Positions 30,695 through 40,227 of a stretch of 64,000 bases of DNA are shown piece by piece. The DNA is from Shigella phage Sf25. The translations under genes and the position numbers were made by a program. The notes under the pieces were generated by a model that worked only from the letters and a program-made list of their open reading frames with translations, had not been told where the DNA came from and searched no databases. How positions within the stretch are numbered: the first letter of the stretch is position 1; each line of letters begins with the position of its first letter. The stretch lies in the sequence record MF327009; one strand, 5' to 3'.

Positions 30695-30883
30695 TTAGTC
30701 ATAATAATCAGTAACAGTCCAAGCTTCATTTCTATTGGACATTATTTTTGTATATTCTGCTTTAAATGCATTCCTAAGCATAGATTCAGTAACTATATGC
30801 TCTTCATTAGAAAAATTATTTCTCAGAATATATCGTTTTATTTCAGGAAAAGTTAATAGATGCTGTCCAGTTGAATATTCCAT
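30695..30883 (-). CDS. hypothetical protein
   Basis: ORF track, 62 aa. Confidence 0.35.
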   Translation of the reverse strand: MEYSTGQHLLTFPEIKRYILRNNFSNEEHIVTESMLRNAFKAEYTKIMSNRNEAWTVTDYYD

Positions 30884-30938
30884 GTTTTTCCTCCATAGAG
30901 ATTATACTCTAATAAATTAAAGCATAATCTCTTATAAA

Positions 30939-32621
30939 TTAAACCATTACAGTAAATCGACCAACTTTCTTCATTTGAAGATGCTGACCATATTCTTGCG
31001 GGTCATGGTCTTTATGCGAAATTATAAAAACATTAGTGTTTTTCATTGAATTTATAATATTAGCTACACCTTTAATACCTTCGGCATCAAATGACCCATC
31101 AAACACTTCATCGAGTATTAACGTACTAATACTAACACCAGATACAATAGAAGCAATATCACGCCAAGTAAATAAAAGAGCAATATCAATTCGTGCTTTT
31201 TCACCTTCACTAAATGAAGCATAACTAAAATCTTCACGACCACGGGATTTAATTGTCTCATTAAATTCTTCATCTAATGTAAACACATAATCCGCTTCCA
31301 TTATTTTAAGATAATGGTTAATCTGCTTATTAAATAATGGAACGTACTTTTTAATAATAGCACCTTTAATACCAGAATCTTTGAGCATATCAGTCAAAAT
31401 TCCTCGGTGGTATTTTTCCATTACTAAATTAGTTTTTGTCTTAACAATTTTATCAAGTTCTTCTTGAAGCAGTGCTATTTCATCAGCATGGTCAATAAAC
31501 TCAGAAGATGCTTTTTCTATAGCTGCTTTAACTTTTTTAGCTTTATCTACCGTCGTGATTAGAGATTGCTTTTTATTGCGAATATCATTTGCCAACGACT
31601 GCTGAGTTTTAATATTATCTCGGTATTCATCAACAAGAACTTTTAAATTATCACGGTGTGTTGAAAGCTGTTCAAACGAATGCGTACATTCAGAAACTTT
31701 ATCTTTAATTTTAGAAACAACTTTATCACCGGAACTTAATTGTGACAAACAGGTTGGACATAATCCACCTTCGTGATACATATTAATGACTTTATTATAC
31801 GAGTCAATTTTTGATTTAATTAAAACTGCTTCTTGACCGATTTTATTAAATGCATCAGTCGGGTCTTCATCCAAAACAATATTAACTAATCTTTCGTTAG
31901 CTTCTTCTATTTCCGATTTTAGCGTTCTAGCTTCTTTTGCCAAATCATCATACATATTTTGTAGACGTGTAAGGTTGTCACCCGTTAATTTTTTCTGGCG
32001 TTCAACGTTATCATTATATATTTTAATTTGTTGGATAATACTATCTTTTTTAACATCAAGCACTTGGTTCTGCGAATTTAATTCACGTATTAGTGCTTTA
32101 TTAAGCTTATCCATTTCAGCTAATGTTCCTACCTCAAGCAGGTCTTCCACAAGCTTTCTTCGCGCAGGGGTCGACAAACCCATGAAAGGGGTATACCCTG
32201 CTGTACCAAGGACAACAATCTGCTTGAAACTGGCATATGACATTCCGATAAGCTGTTCAAATTCTGCTTGGAAATCTTTACTGCTGGCAGATTCATTAAG
32301 ACGTGTACCGTTAACGGTGATTTCGAAAACGTTTGGTTTTTGTCCTCTTTTGATATAGTACTTTTTCTCATCATATTCCATCCACAGTTCAACTAAAAGT
32401 TCTTTCTTATTTGTGCTGTTTATTAATTGACCTTTCTTTACATCACGAAATGGCTTGCCAAAAAGCCCAAATGTGATGGCTTCTAACATAGTAGACTTAC
32501 CACCGCCATTTCGGCCAGTAATAAGAGTTTTTTGAACCTTATCTAATTGAATGTCAATAGGATTTCCACCTACTGACATTATATTTTGATACCTAACTCG
32601 GTTTAGTTTAAAATTCTTCAC
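30939..32621 (-). CDS. 46: recombination nuclease subunit gp46 (Rad50/SbcC-like ATPase), 560 aa
   Basis: Walker A GRNGGGKST, long coiled coil, CPTC zinc hook, C-terminal Walker B/signature. Confidence 0.9.
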   Translation of the reverse strand: MKNFKLNRVRYQNIMSVGGNPIDIQLDKVQKTLITGRNGGGKSTMLEAITFGLFGKPFRDVKKGQLINSTNKKELLVELWMEYDEKKYYIKRGQKPNVFEITVNGTRLNESASSKDFQAEFEQLIGMSYASFKQIVVLGTAGYTPFMGLSTPARRKLVEDLLEVGTLAEMDKLNKALIRELNSQNQVLDVKKDSIIQQIKIYNDNVERQKKLTGDNLTRLQNMYDDLAKEARTLKSEIEEANERLVNIVLDEDPTDAFNKIGQEAVLIKSKIDSYNKVINMYHEGGLCPTCLSQLSSGDKVVSKIKDKVSECTHSFEQLSTHRDNLKVLVDEYRDNIKTQQSLANDIRNKKQSLITTVDKAKKVKAAIEKASSEFIDHADEIALLQEELDKIVKTKTNLVMEKYHRGILTDMLKDSGIKGAIIKKYVPLFNKQINHYLKIMEADYVFTLDEEFNETIKSRGREDFSYASFSEGEKARIDIALLFTWRDIASIVSGVSISTLILDEVFDGSFDAEGIKGVANIINSMKNTNVFIISHKDHDPQEYGQHLQMKKVGRFTVMV

Positions 32622-32881
32622 AAAAGATTCCTTTTAATGTATCTTTTAGACCATTCTATCATATCATCATAATCTAAAAAGTATTCATCAAATTCAGCCA
32701 TGCAAACAACACCTTGTACTGTTTTTGATGTAATATAAATTATTCCAACATATCTGGAATCTTCTTCGGTGTAATCAATATTTGCTACGAATTCATCGTT
32801 AATGTCAAATGTCGAAAACTTCACAGTATGCATCCTTAATACAAGATACAGCCATATCTCGTAATGATTTAGGTGTGTCAT
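32618..32881 (-). CDS. hypothetical protein (46.1 position)
   Basis: ORF track. Confidence 0.4.
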   Translation of the reverse strand: MTHLNHYEIWLYLVLRMHTVKFSTFDINDEFVANIDYTEEDSRYVGIIYITSKTVQGVVCMAEFDEYFLDYDDMIEWSKRYIKRNLL

Positions 32882-33068
32882 TATCTAAAATGTTGAAGTT
32901 AAAAGATACAGCCCAGTCAGTGCAGACCGTAACCTTTTTAATACAATCATCTTCAACCTCTAGCGGTTCAAACCAATATTCAATAATTTCTTTATTCCCA
33001 ATATCATCTTTTACTTCGCATTCAAAATGCTGACTCATCATAACATTTTTAAATTCATCAAAAGTCAT
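32805..33068 (-). CDS. hypothetical protein (46.2 position)
   Basis: ORF track. Confidence 0.4.
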   Translation of the reverse strand: MTFDEFKNVMMSQHFECEVKDDIGNKEIIEYWFEPLEVEDDCIKKVTVCTDWAVSFNFNILDNDTPKSLRDMAVSCIKDAYCEVFDI

Positions 33069-34084
33069 TGTGTTGCCTCTACATATAACTGATTTGCATA
33101 TTGAATAAGTGCTTCGCGATCAGAATCAGTGATGTCTGGAATTGCATTAATGTATTCTTCCATCAACGTCTGAAGAGATTGAACTTCCACTTCTTCGCTA
33201 TCATCTGACTCAACAGAGTTATCAATCTTTGACACAACTCGTAATGAATGCACAACTTTTTCTAGTTCAGATTCGAACTTCGTTAAATTTTTGTCTACTT
33301 CAGTTACTATAACACGCACTGATAGATTTGTAAAATCTTTATAGTCAATTTTTCCCTTAAATGGATATTGAATTCGACGATGCCAGGTAGTGTTGTTTGG
33401 AATAAATTCCATTCGTTCTGTTTCTGTATCAAACATCCAGAACCCGCGAGGGTCATTCTCGTCACCTGCAGTTAGTGTCCATGGTGTCCCAATATATCTG
33501 ACGTTAGCAGCCTCAGAGATAGTATGGAAGTGACCAGACCACACTTCTTTATAAGTCTTAAGGAAATCAGGTTCAAGACCATGAGATTTCATTCCTTTAT
33601 AAAAATAAAATCCGTTCAGTTCCCAGTGACCAACGCAAAAAGAAGCAAATGAAGTTTTGATGTGTTCAAGAATTTCACCAGTATTTTCTTCGCACATCCA
33701 AGGAATTAAATCAATCAAACATCCGTCAAAATCTACTGTAGTAGGCTTATCATATACTTTAACATTAGAATATTTAGCCAAAAGCTCAGTAGAAGCATTT
33801 GGAGTTAAAGTATTTTTAAAGTGCATATCATGGTTTCCTACAACAGTATGTAGGGTAATACCAGCATCATCAAGCATTTGAACTATTTCACGGGCGAACT
33901 CCATAGTTTTATGTGTGATTGCTTTTCGCACATCAAAAATATCGCCGTATTGAATCCATGTAGTAATTCCATTTTTCTTAGAATATTCTATTGCTTGTTT
34001 AATTCCATCCAACTGAATGGATTGAACCCACTCATCATCGGCTTTAACACCTAAATGCCAATCACCTAAATTTAAAATTTTCAT
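33065..34084 (-). CDS. 47: recombination nuclease subunit gp47 (Mre11/SbcD-like phosphoesterase), 339 aa
   Basis: Calcineurin-like phosphoesterase motifs (LGDWH, GNHD). Confidence 0.9.
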   Translation of the reverse strand: MKILNLGDWHLGVKADDEWVQSIQLDGIKQAIEYSKKNGITTWIQYGDIFDVRKAITHKTMEFAREIVQMLDDAGITLHTVVGNHDMHFKNTLTPNASTELLAKYSNVKVYDKPTTVDFDGCLIDLIPWMCEENTGEILEHIKTSFASFCVGHWELNGFYFYKGMKSHGLEPDFLKTYKEVWSGHFHTISEAANVRYIGTPWTLTAGDENDPRGFWMFDTETERMEFIPNNTTWHRRIQYPFKGKIDYKDFTNLSVRVIVTEVDKNLTKFESELEKVVHSLRVVSKIDNSVESDDSEEVEVQSLQTLMEEYINAIPDITDSDREALIQYANQLYVEATQ

Positions 34085-34242
34085 ATATCAAGAACCGTCA
34101 TTGAAATGCAAAATAAAATTATTGAAATAAATCCATCTGGAGTGCTAAAGAACCCAATCCAACATGCTCTAGTGAATAGATAAAATGCGAGAAAAAGTAT
34201 CACATATCCAAGAAATATCATTATATCAAACTCCGTATAAAG

Positions 34243-34262
34243 CTAAAGGGCCGAAGCCCTTT
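34243..34262 (-). terminator. hairpin at alpha-gt 3' end
   Basis: AAGGGC-TTCG-GCCCTT hairpin overlapping the stop codon. Confidence 0.45.
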
Positions 34263-35463
34263 ATTTTGTAATAATGTCAAACTGTTCTTTAAAGCAGAAG
34301 CTTGAATCTTGATGCTGATACAAAAATTCATAAGCTTTTTCGCGTTCACGGTCATAAAGAGTTCGGTCAGATGACAGTTCTTTAATACGCTCAAATGTTG
34401 ATTCCATGTCATTTTCATCAAACCAAACGATACCGCTATCATGAGAAATTAACGGAGTATTATCAACACGGAATTTTAAATTTTCGCCAGTAGATTTCCA
34501 AAATACCGGAATTGTTCCACATGCACCAAGCTCGAGATGAGTATATTCTAAAGAACGTTGTAGATATTTTTTGTCCAACTTACTCAGCTGATAACCAAAT
34601 CCGGATTTACTCATGCGTTCAAGCATTTCGCTATTTACATAACGGTCAAGAATTTGCGTTGGCAAATTAGGAGCAATTTTAATTTGGTCTACTTGATGAA
34701 GACGATAATACTCGTATGGAATTCCTTTTTCTTTAATAGGAATGAACGCTGGAGAACGTTCCAGACCTTCCATAATAGTACTTAGTCCTGCAGGTTTAAG
34801 ATGTTTTTCATGAAAATCAAACATCTGATAAAAACCTTTCCATGTAGTCGTACGACCAATCCAACGGTTGATATTCATGTTAATTTCAGAAACATCTTTC
34901 CAGTAGGTTGACCGAACCTTCGCAATATCCATAGGAGGCTGAAAGTTATATACTGTCGGTGCTTCTTCAATATCATCAAACAGAGAAACTGTTTCAGGAT
35001 ACCATTCTTTCATCAGAACTTTATTAAAATCACCATTATCAGAATGGCTAAAAATAACATCAGCTCGACGAACAGTTTCTTCTAATCCCAAATTTCGGCG
35101 CAAAGAAAGAGAAGAATGGTCATGTTGATAAACTACAACACGAACAGAAGGTTTAATGTTATCAATAATTTTTTTATAGTTATTAATAGTGTCTTCTTCA
35201 ACCGAAGTAGCAGGAACTGAATTGATAATTAGAATATCACAATCATTTACCAGCTTAAGTGTTTTATCATATTCTTTTGCCAATAAAACCGGAATTGAAA
35301 ATGATTTATAATCATGCGCGCAATTACGAGTAAATGATTTATCTTTAGCATAAACCAAAGTTACTTCATGACCATTCTTAATAAACCAATCACGTTGCTC
35401 AAGAGAAAATTTAGTTACACCACAACCTTCAAGACCTCGAGCCATAAAAATACATACTTTCAT
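34261..35463 (-). CDS. a-gt: alpha-glucosyltransferase (400 aa)
   Basis: Exact T4 alpha-gt length; N-terminus MKVCIFMARGLEGCGVTKF. Confidence 0.8.
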   Translation of the reverse strand: MKVCIFMARGLEGCGVTKFSLEQRDWFIKNGHEVTLVYAKDKSFTRNCAHDYKSFSIPVLLAKEYDKTLKLVNDCDILIINSVPATSVEEDTINNYKKIIDNIKPSVRVVVYQHDHSSLSLRRNLGLEETVRRADVIFSHSDNGDFNKVLMKEWYPETVSLFDDIEEAPTVYNFQPPMDIAKVRSTYWKDVSEINMNINRWIGRTTTWKGFYQMFDFHEKHLKPAGLSTIMEGLERSPAFIPIKEKGIPYEYYRLHQVDQIKIAPNLPTQILDRYVNSEMLERMSKSGFGYQLSKLDKKYLQRSLEYTHLELGACGTIPVFWKSTGENLKFRVDNTPLISHDSGIVWFDENDMESTFERIKELSSDRTLYDREREKAYEFLYQHQDSSFCFKEQFDIITK

Positions 35464-35706
35464 TTAATATCCTCTTTGTTTTGGTTTATTTTACCAAAAA
35501 TTTATAAAGCAATATAGGAGCCGAAGCTCCTATCCACATAATACGCCATACAGAGGCTCATTAGAACTTTTAAATTTTATGCGCTTATATTTTATAGTTC
35601 CTTCTGCTTTAGCTTTATCATGAGACGCTTTAAAGAGTCTCATCATTTCCTCTTTAGAGGAACGAATTTTATTATAATCTATTTCAGAAGTCTGGGTGTT
35701 CATCTT

Positions 35707-35913
35707 TCATAACTGCCACCATTTTTTGACTTGATAAGAATCAACCCACACTTTCATATTAGGGTCTGCTCTTACAATAGGAGGATTAACTTCTTTAATT
35801 GAACTATCATGGTATTCTTTTTCAGAAATTTTCACACAAAGATGACCATTCAAAGATTCAGTAAATCCTGCATTAATTTTAAGACGCTTGAATTTTACGT
35901 GTGTAAGCATCAA
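35707..35913 (-). CDS. hypothetical protein
   Basis: ORF track. Confidence 0.35.
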   Translation of the reverse strand: MMLTHVKFKRLKINAGFTESLNGHLCVKISEKEYHDSSIKEVNPPIVRADPNMKVWVDSYQVKKWWQL

Positions 35914-36196
35914 TCATATCCTCAATTTGCGATCTAGTAGTCTTCCAAAGAATACTGATGAGTTCATCGTTATATGGCTGTTTTAGAATATCCCGACTTT
36001 TCTTGATAGCATATTCGTATTGAGCAAAATTATTATTTTCAGCTGCGATCTGAGCGTGCTTATAAAGACGATTCAGTTCGCGTTTGTTTTTAGACAATAA
36101 CTTATTTGCTTTTCTTTCTGCTTCAAGACGGTTCTTTTCTTCAATAGAAGAAATAAGCTTTTCCACTTCATCATTAATTTCGGGTTTATCAGTCAT
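35879..36196 (-). CDS. hypothetical coiled-coil protein
   Basis: ORF track. Confidence 0.4.
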   Translation of the reverse strand: MTDKPEINDEVEKLISSIEEKNRLEAERKANKLLSKNKRELNRLYKHAQIAAENNNFAQYEYAIKKSRDILKQPYNDELISILWKTTRSQIEDMIDAYTRKIQAS

Positions 36197-36197
36197 A

Positions 36198-36416
36198 TTA
36201 TTTCTCTAATATAAAATAAAAATCATCATCTGTTAAATGATACCGATAGTTTAATTCTACACCATTAGATTTAAAAGCGGTATCATACGGATTTTCTGGA
36301 TCAATATCAATGTCAAGAGCTAAAACTTCCCTGAGATACATTTTAAGTAAATAGGGAATAGCTTCAACTTCAGGTATTTCTTCCAAGAATCCGGAGAGGT
36401 TAATCGTTAGCCTCAT
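36198..36416 (-). CDS. hypothetical protein
   Basis: ORF track. Confidence 0.35.
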
Positions 36417-36963
36417 ATAAAAAATCCAAACTAGGAGAATCGTCTACAACACTTTTCTTTTCAGCCCCCGGTGTTCTATAGGTTGATTCTTCGTAATGCG
36501 TCATTTTATCATAGATGTCTTGAATAAAAGTTTCATCTACTAACGCAACCATATCGTCGTCACGACTGTCATAGACATTGTGAACGAAGTAACTATATTT
36601 CTTTGCAACTTCCTTACGTTCTTTTTTAATACGCTGGACGAATGCATTAAAACAAGCTTGAGTTATATACGCATGTGGGTTTTTATATTTCGTTTCATCA
36701 AAATTATGAAGCCCCTTAATAGAAGCTTCTATACCATCTGCAATCATTTCTTGTTTCCAAGACTGGGTGTATCCTGAAAAGTTGAAACGTTTAGATAAGC
36801 CTTCTGCAATAAGCATAATGGCTAATCCAATAGTATCATTTTGACGAACTACTTTATTTGGGTCTTTATTATTTGCTAATTCTGTTTTCCAATCAATAAT
36901 AGCTTGTAAAAGCTCTTTATTGTTTACGTAATTATATTTAGGCTTAGTTTCTGACATTTTCAC
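36400..36963 (-). CDS. 55: late-transcription sigma factor gp55
   Basis: 187 aa; position between alpha-gt and nrdH as in T4. Confidence 0.8.
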
Positions 36964-37035
36964 CTCTTAGCTCAATTCATAGATCTATTATATCATAATA
37001 TTTGAAGATCTATCTTAAAGCATAGAGGATATCAG

Positions 37036-37305
37036 TTATCTAAGTAAACAGTATGCTTGGAATACTTTTTCCATCATCTTTTTAAATTCATGAATATCTA
37101 TATAATGACTAGTTAAATCAGCATGATATAAAAAGTCTAAAAACTTTTCATGTGTACTAACATATTCGCTTTCATTTAATTCAGAAACATGGCTTTCCCA
37201 ATATCCAACACCAGTCTTATTTGGGAAAAATGAAATTTTCATGTATTGGTCAACATAGAAAATGCCATAATTTTCAATAGTAATAGAAATATTAATAAAT
37301 TTCAT
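37036..37305 (-). CDS. hypothetical protein
   Basis: ORF track. Confidence 0.35.
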   Translation of the reverse strand: MKFINISITIENYGIFYVDQYMKISFFPNKTGVGYWESHVSELNESEYVSTHEKFLDFLYHADLTSHYIDIHEFKKMMEKVFQAYCLLR

Positions 37306-37517
37306 ACATTCATCAACTTAGCCGCTTCAAGAGCTGCATCTAGTGAATCAAATTGGTCAACATATTCAATCAATTCGCCATAATTGGCATATAACCACCA
37401 TTGGCTAAATTCATACTCAAGGATGAATCCATTTCCTTCAATTTGAGTTAAACCATTGCCGTTTGTATTTACTTCATATCCGGCAAGACGCAAATCGTTA
37501 ATAAGAGCTTCGTTCAT
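37302..37517 (-). CDS. hypothetical protein
   Basis: ORF track. Confidence 0.35.
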   Translation of the reverse strand: MNEALINDLRLAGYEVNTNGNGLTQIEGNGFILEYEFSQWWLYANYGELIEYVDQFDSLDAALEAAKLMNV

Positions 37518-37519
37518 AA

Positions 37520-37846
37520 TTATACCTTAGTAATTTTCAGGTCTGCAAATTTTTTCTTGCGTTGATTTTTCATACGACGAATAGTTTTATCGGAAATTTC
37601 ATGTTTTTGATAAGCTTTAGATTCTACACCAAAAGCTTTAACATCAAATTCTGACAAGATATATTGAACCAACAATTCACGGACAGTATTTCGTCCAATC
37701 TTCTGATCATTCTGTTTCATCGTCTGATGAAGCTCTTTTTCCCATTTATCCAAAATTTGAGGAGTTACAATATCGCCTTTTTCTAGCAAAGAAACTACTT
37801 TATCATATGCGTAAGAATTGATGGCGTTTTTAATTTGAATAGTCAT
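37520..37846 (-). CDS. hypothetical protein
   Basis: ORF track. Confidence 0.4.
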   Translation of the reverse strand: MTIQIKNAINSYAYDKVVSLLEKGDIVTPQILDKWEKELHQTMKQNDQKIGRNTVRELLVQYILSEFDVKAFGVESKAYQKHEISDKTIRRMKNQRKKKFADLKITKV

Positions 37847-37881
37847 ACATTATCCTCAATTGCGTTAAAATTTTATTATCC

Positions 37882-37900
37882 AAAAAGGGCCGAAGCCCTT
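37882..37900 (-). terminator. hairpin terminator-like element
   Basis: AAGGGC-TTCG-GCCCTT hairpin in intergenic region. Confidence 0.45.
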
Positions 37901-38099
37901 AGCTAAACTTTTTGGCACCCTTCCAGCCTTCATACATCATTGCGGCTGATATTAATATTGCTCCTGAGCATTTTGAATATTTGGTATTCCAAAACCAGTT
38001 TAGAAAAACTTCGTCATCAATACCTTGGGCTATCATGTTTTCAAAGAACTGACGACGAGCTTCAGCAATTCGTTGTGATAATTTAGATTCAGGATTCAT
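37899..38099 (-). CDS. hypothetical protein
   Basis: ORF track. Confidence 0.35.
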   Translation of the reverse strand: MNPESKLSQRIAEARRQFFENMIAQGIDDEVFLNWFWNTKYSKCSGAILISAAMMYEGWKGAKKFS

Positions 38100-38237
38100 T
38101 TAAATTTTCCAGTTACCGTTTTCATCAATAAATTCAATCCAGTCATTTACTGACCACTTAGTTGTATCGCCTTTGGGGCAGAATTTAAAGTGTATAACCC
38201 CTGCTTAAAAAGCATTCGTTTGATATTCATATTTTCC

Positions 38238-38570
38238 TCAACTGTAACGATAACATTTGTTTGATTTACGTTTTGCAACACGATGAGAAGTATTGTAATC
38301 CAAATCATCCTCAACGTATACATCTTTTTTCAACTGACGAACTTCTTTACGCAGTTGACGATTCATCTCATTCTTGACTTCTGAATCAACGCCATAAAAA
38401 CGTTTCCATTTGTCCGAACGGAAGATATTTTTATTCAAAGTTTCTTCTGATACACCGTCAGGTGCTTTACGTCTAGCCATGCAATTAAAATCTTTAGAAG
38501 ACAATTCTTTACGACGATACGTTTTACCCATGGAGTTTAATTTCCTTAGCAACTGAACTAAATGCAGCAC
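38238..38570 (-). CDS. hypothetical basic protein
   Basis: ORF track. Confidence 0.4.
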   Translation of the reverse strand: MLHLVQLLRKLNSMGKTYRRKELSSKDFNCMARRKAPDGVSEETLNKNIFRSDKWKRFYGVDSEVKNEMNRQLRKEVRQLKKDVYVEDDLDYNTSHRVAKRKSNKCYRYS

Positions 38571-38706
38571 GATCGCAAATCATGCGTTTATGTAACTTGA
38601 GTATAATATAGCAAACTTCAAAACTATTTACATGAGTAACACGAACAGCATTACCATTAATGAGATAATACTGTCCCTTTTTAATTTCTTTATCAACCAC
38701 AACCAT
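38524..38706 (-). CDS. hypothetical protein
   Basis: ORF track. Confidence 0.3.
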   Translation of the reverse strand: MVVVDKEIKKGQYYLINGNAVRVTHVNSFEVCYIILKLHKRMICDRAAFSSVAKEIKLHG

Positions 38707-38864
38707 ATCAATTCCTCAAAGGTAATTCATATGTTAATAATACCACGGTTTGAACTTGTTGTAAACAACTTTGTGAAAAATATTTTAGGGAATGATAAGA
38801 AAGGAACGATAGCTTAGAATGGTAATATACAGAATGCGAGAAAGAAAGGCCCAGAGGGCCCGTC

Positions 38865-39173
38865 TTAATCTTCTATGATATCTCTATCATATCCAAGTGA
38901 AATGAGAGTTTCTTTGAAGTGTTTAATGTTCTTTTGTCTAGAATCATTAATGAAAATGACTGGATAACGAATGTTAAGAGATGTGAATCCAGCGCGTTTA
39001 GCAAGAGATACAATCAGTGGACGATCATACTCAATCTTACCGTTATTTGTAAGAACTTTATAGAAAGTAAAAGGAGCATTGAGCTCCTTTAGAAGTTTTG
39101 TAACTGATTGACATCCAGGACAACGACCTACTTCATCTGGAATTCCATAGACTTCAATCTTATTTTGTTTCAC
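38865..39173 (-). CDS. nrdH: glutaredoxin-like protein NrdH
   Basis: CPGC redox motif near N-terminus; position upstream of nrdG/nrdD. Confidence 0.6.
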   Translation of the reverse strand: MKQNKIEVYGIPDEVGRCPGCQSVTKLLKELNAPFTFYKVLTNNGKIEYDRPLIVSLAKRAGFTSLNIRYPVIFINDSRQKNIKHFKETLISLGYDRDIIED

Positions 39174-39175
39174 AA

Positions 39176-39412
39176 CTATTCCTTACTAAGAGCAGCATTC
39201 AGCTTGTTAGTAATTTTATCCAGACGCTCATTGAACTCACTAGAAGATAGTCCTTTTTCTGGAGAAATCAAACTAATCACGAAAAATATAGCAATAAAAG
39301 GAATAAGGAAAATAGCTCCAACTGCCATAAACAAAAAGAATGTTACAGTTGTAAGAAAATCAGCTAAACCTTTACGAAATTTATACATATTTACCCTTAA
39401 TTGATTAACCAA
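39176..39412 (-). CDS. small membrane protein
   Basis: Central hydrophobic helix. Confidence 0.4.
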   Translation of the reverse strand: MVNQLRVNMYKFRKGLADFLTTVTFFLFMAVGAIFLIPFIAIFFVISLISPEKGLSSSEFNERLDKITNKLNAALSKE

Positions 39413-39502
39413 GCATTGATAAGCACTAAACTATATTGCGAATAAAATTCTGGACCAAAATGAAAAATCATATCATTTATAGTGTCCATAATATAATTCA
39501 AT

Positions 39503-39973
39503 TTAATCATGTTTCCACACCCCATCGGTATTTGACCAAAGTCGCTGATTATCTGATCCTCGCCACAGCTTTTTGGTCGGAAGATTTTTCTCATACTTCC
39601 CATCAATAATAACATCAACATATTTAAGCATTTCTAGTTGTTTAATATCTTCAAATTTATATCCTGTCCACAACCAAATGCTTTTATTGGGATAAAGATT
39701 TTTTACTGTTTGAACAATGCAATGAACAACATCTCGGTTATCAGGATAGAGAGGGTCTCCTCCAGTTATAGTTAATCCTTCTATATAATCATTATTCAAA
39801 CATTCAATTAATTGTTCTAGTGTTTCACCAGTGAATGGAACACCGTTTCTAGCGTTCCATGTTGATTTATTATAACACCCTTCGCATTTATGCAAACAAC
39901 CTGTAACGAAAAGAACGACCCTGCAACCAGGGCCATTCACAAAATCACAAGGATAAAATCTATCATAATTCAT
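39503..39973 (-). CDS. nrdG: anaerobic ribonucleotide reductase activating protein NrdG (radical SAM), 156 aa
   Basis: CxxxCxxC cluster (CLHKCEGC); stop/start overlap with nrdD. Confidence 0.85.
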   Translation of the reverse strand: MNYDRFYPCDFVNGPGCRVVLFVTGCLHKCEGCYNKSTWNARNGVPFTGETLEQLIECLNNDYIEGLTITGGDPLYPDNRDVVHCIVQTVKNLYPNKSIWLWTGYKFEDIKQLEMLKYVDVIIDGKYEKNLPTKKLWRGSDNQRLWSNTDGVWKHD

Positions 39974-40227
39974 TGATGCTTAACCCTATGCATGATTTCT
40001 TTATTTTTACCGAGATTAAATCCGCGCTCGTTAGGATTTCCCAAATAACCAACACCCTTCGCATTTATGCAAACAACCTGTAACGAAAAGAACGACCCTG
40101 CAACCAGGGCCATTCACAAAATCACAAGGATAAAATCTATCATAATTCATTGATGCTTAACCCTATGCATGATTTCTTTATTTTTACCGAGATTAAATCC
40201 GCGCTCGTTAGGATTTCCCAAATAACC
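39874..40227. repeat. exact tandem duplication, 2 x 177 bp, at the nrdD/nrdG junction
   Basis: Identical copies; second copy carries an orphan duplicate of the nrdG start region and a duplicate nrdD 3' end. Confidence 0.8.

Noticed and set aside
34221-34442. ORF 34221..34442 (73 aa) overlapping the 3' end of alpha-gt
   Set aside because: Out-of-frame overlap with a strongly supported gene and no independent signal; likely spurious.
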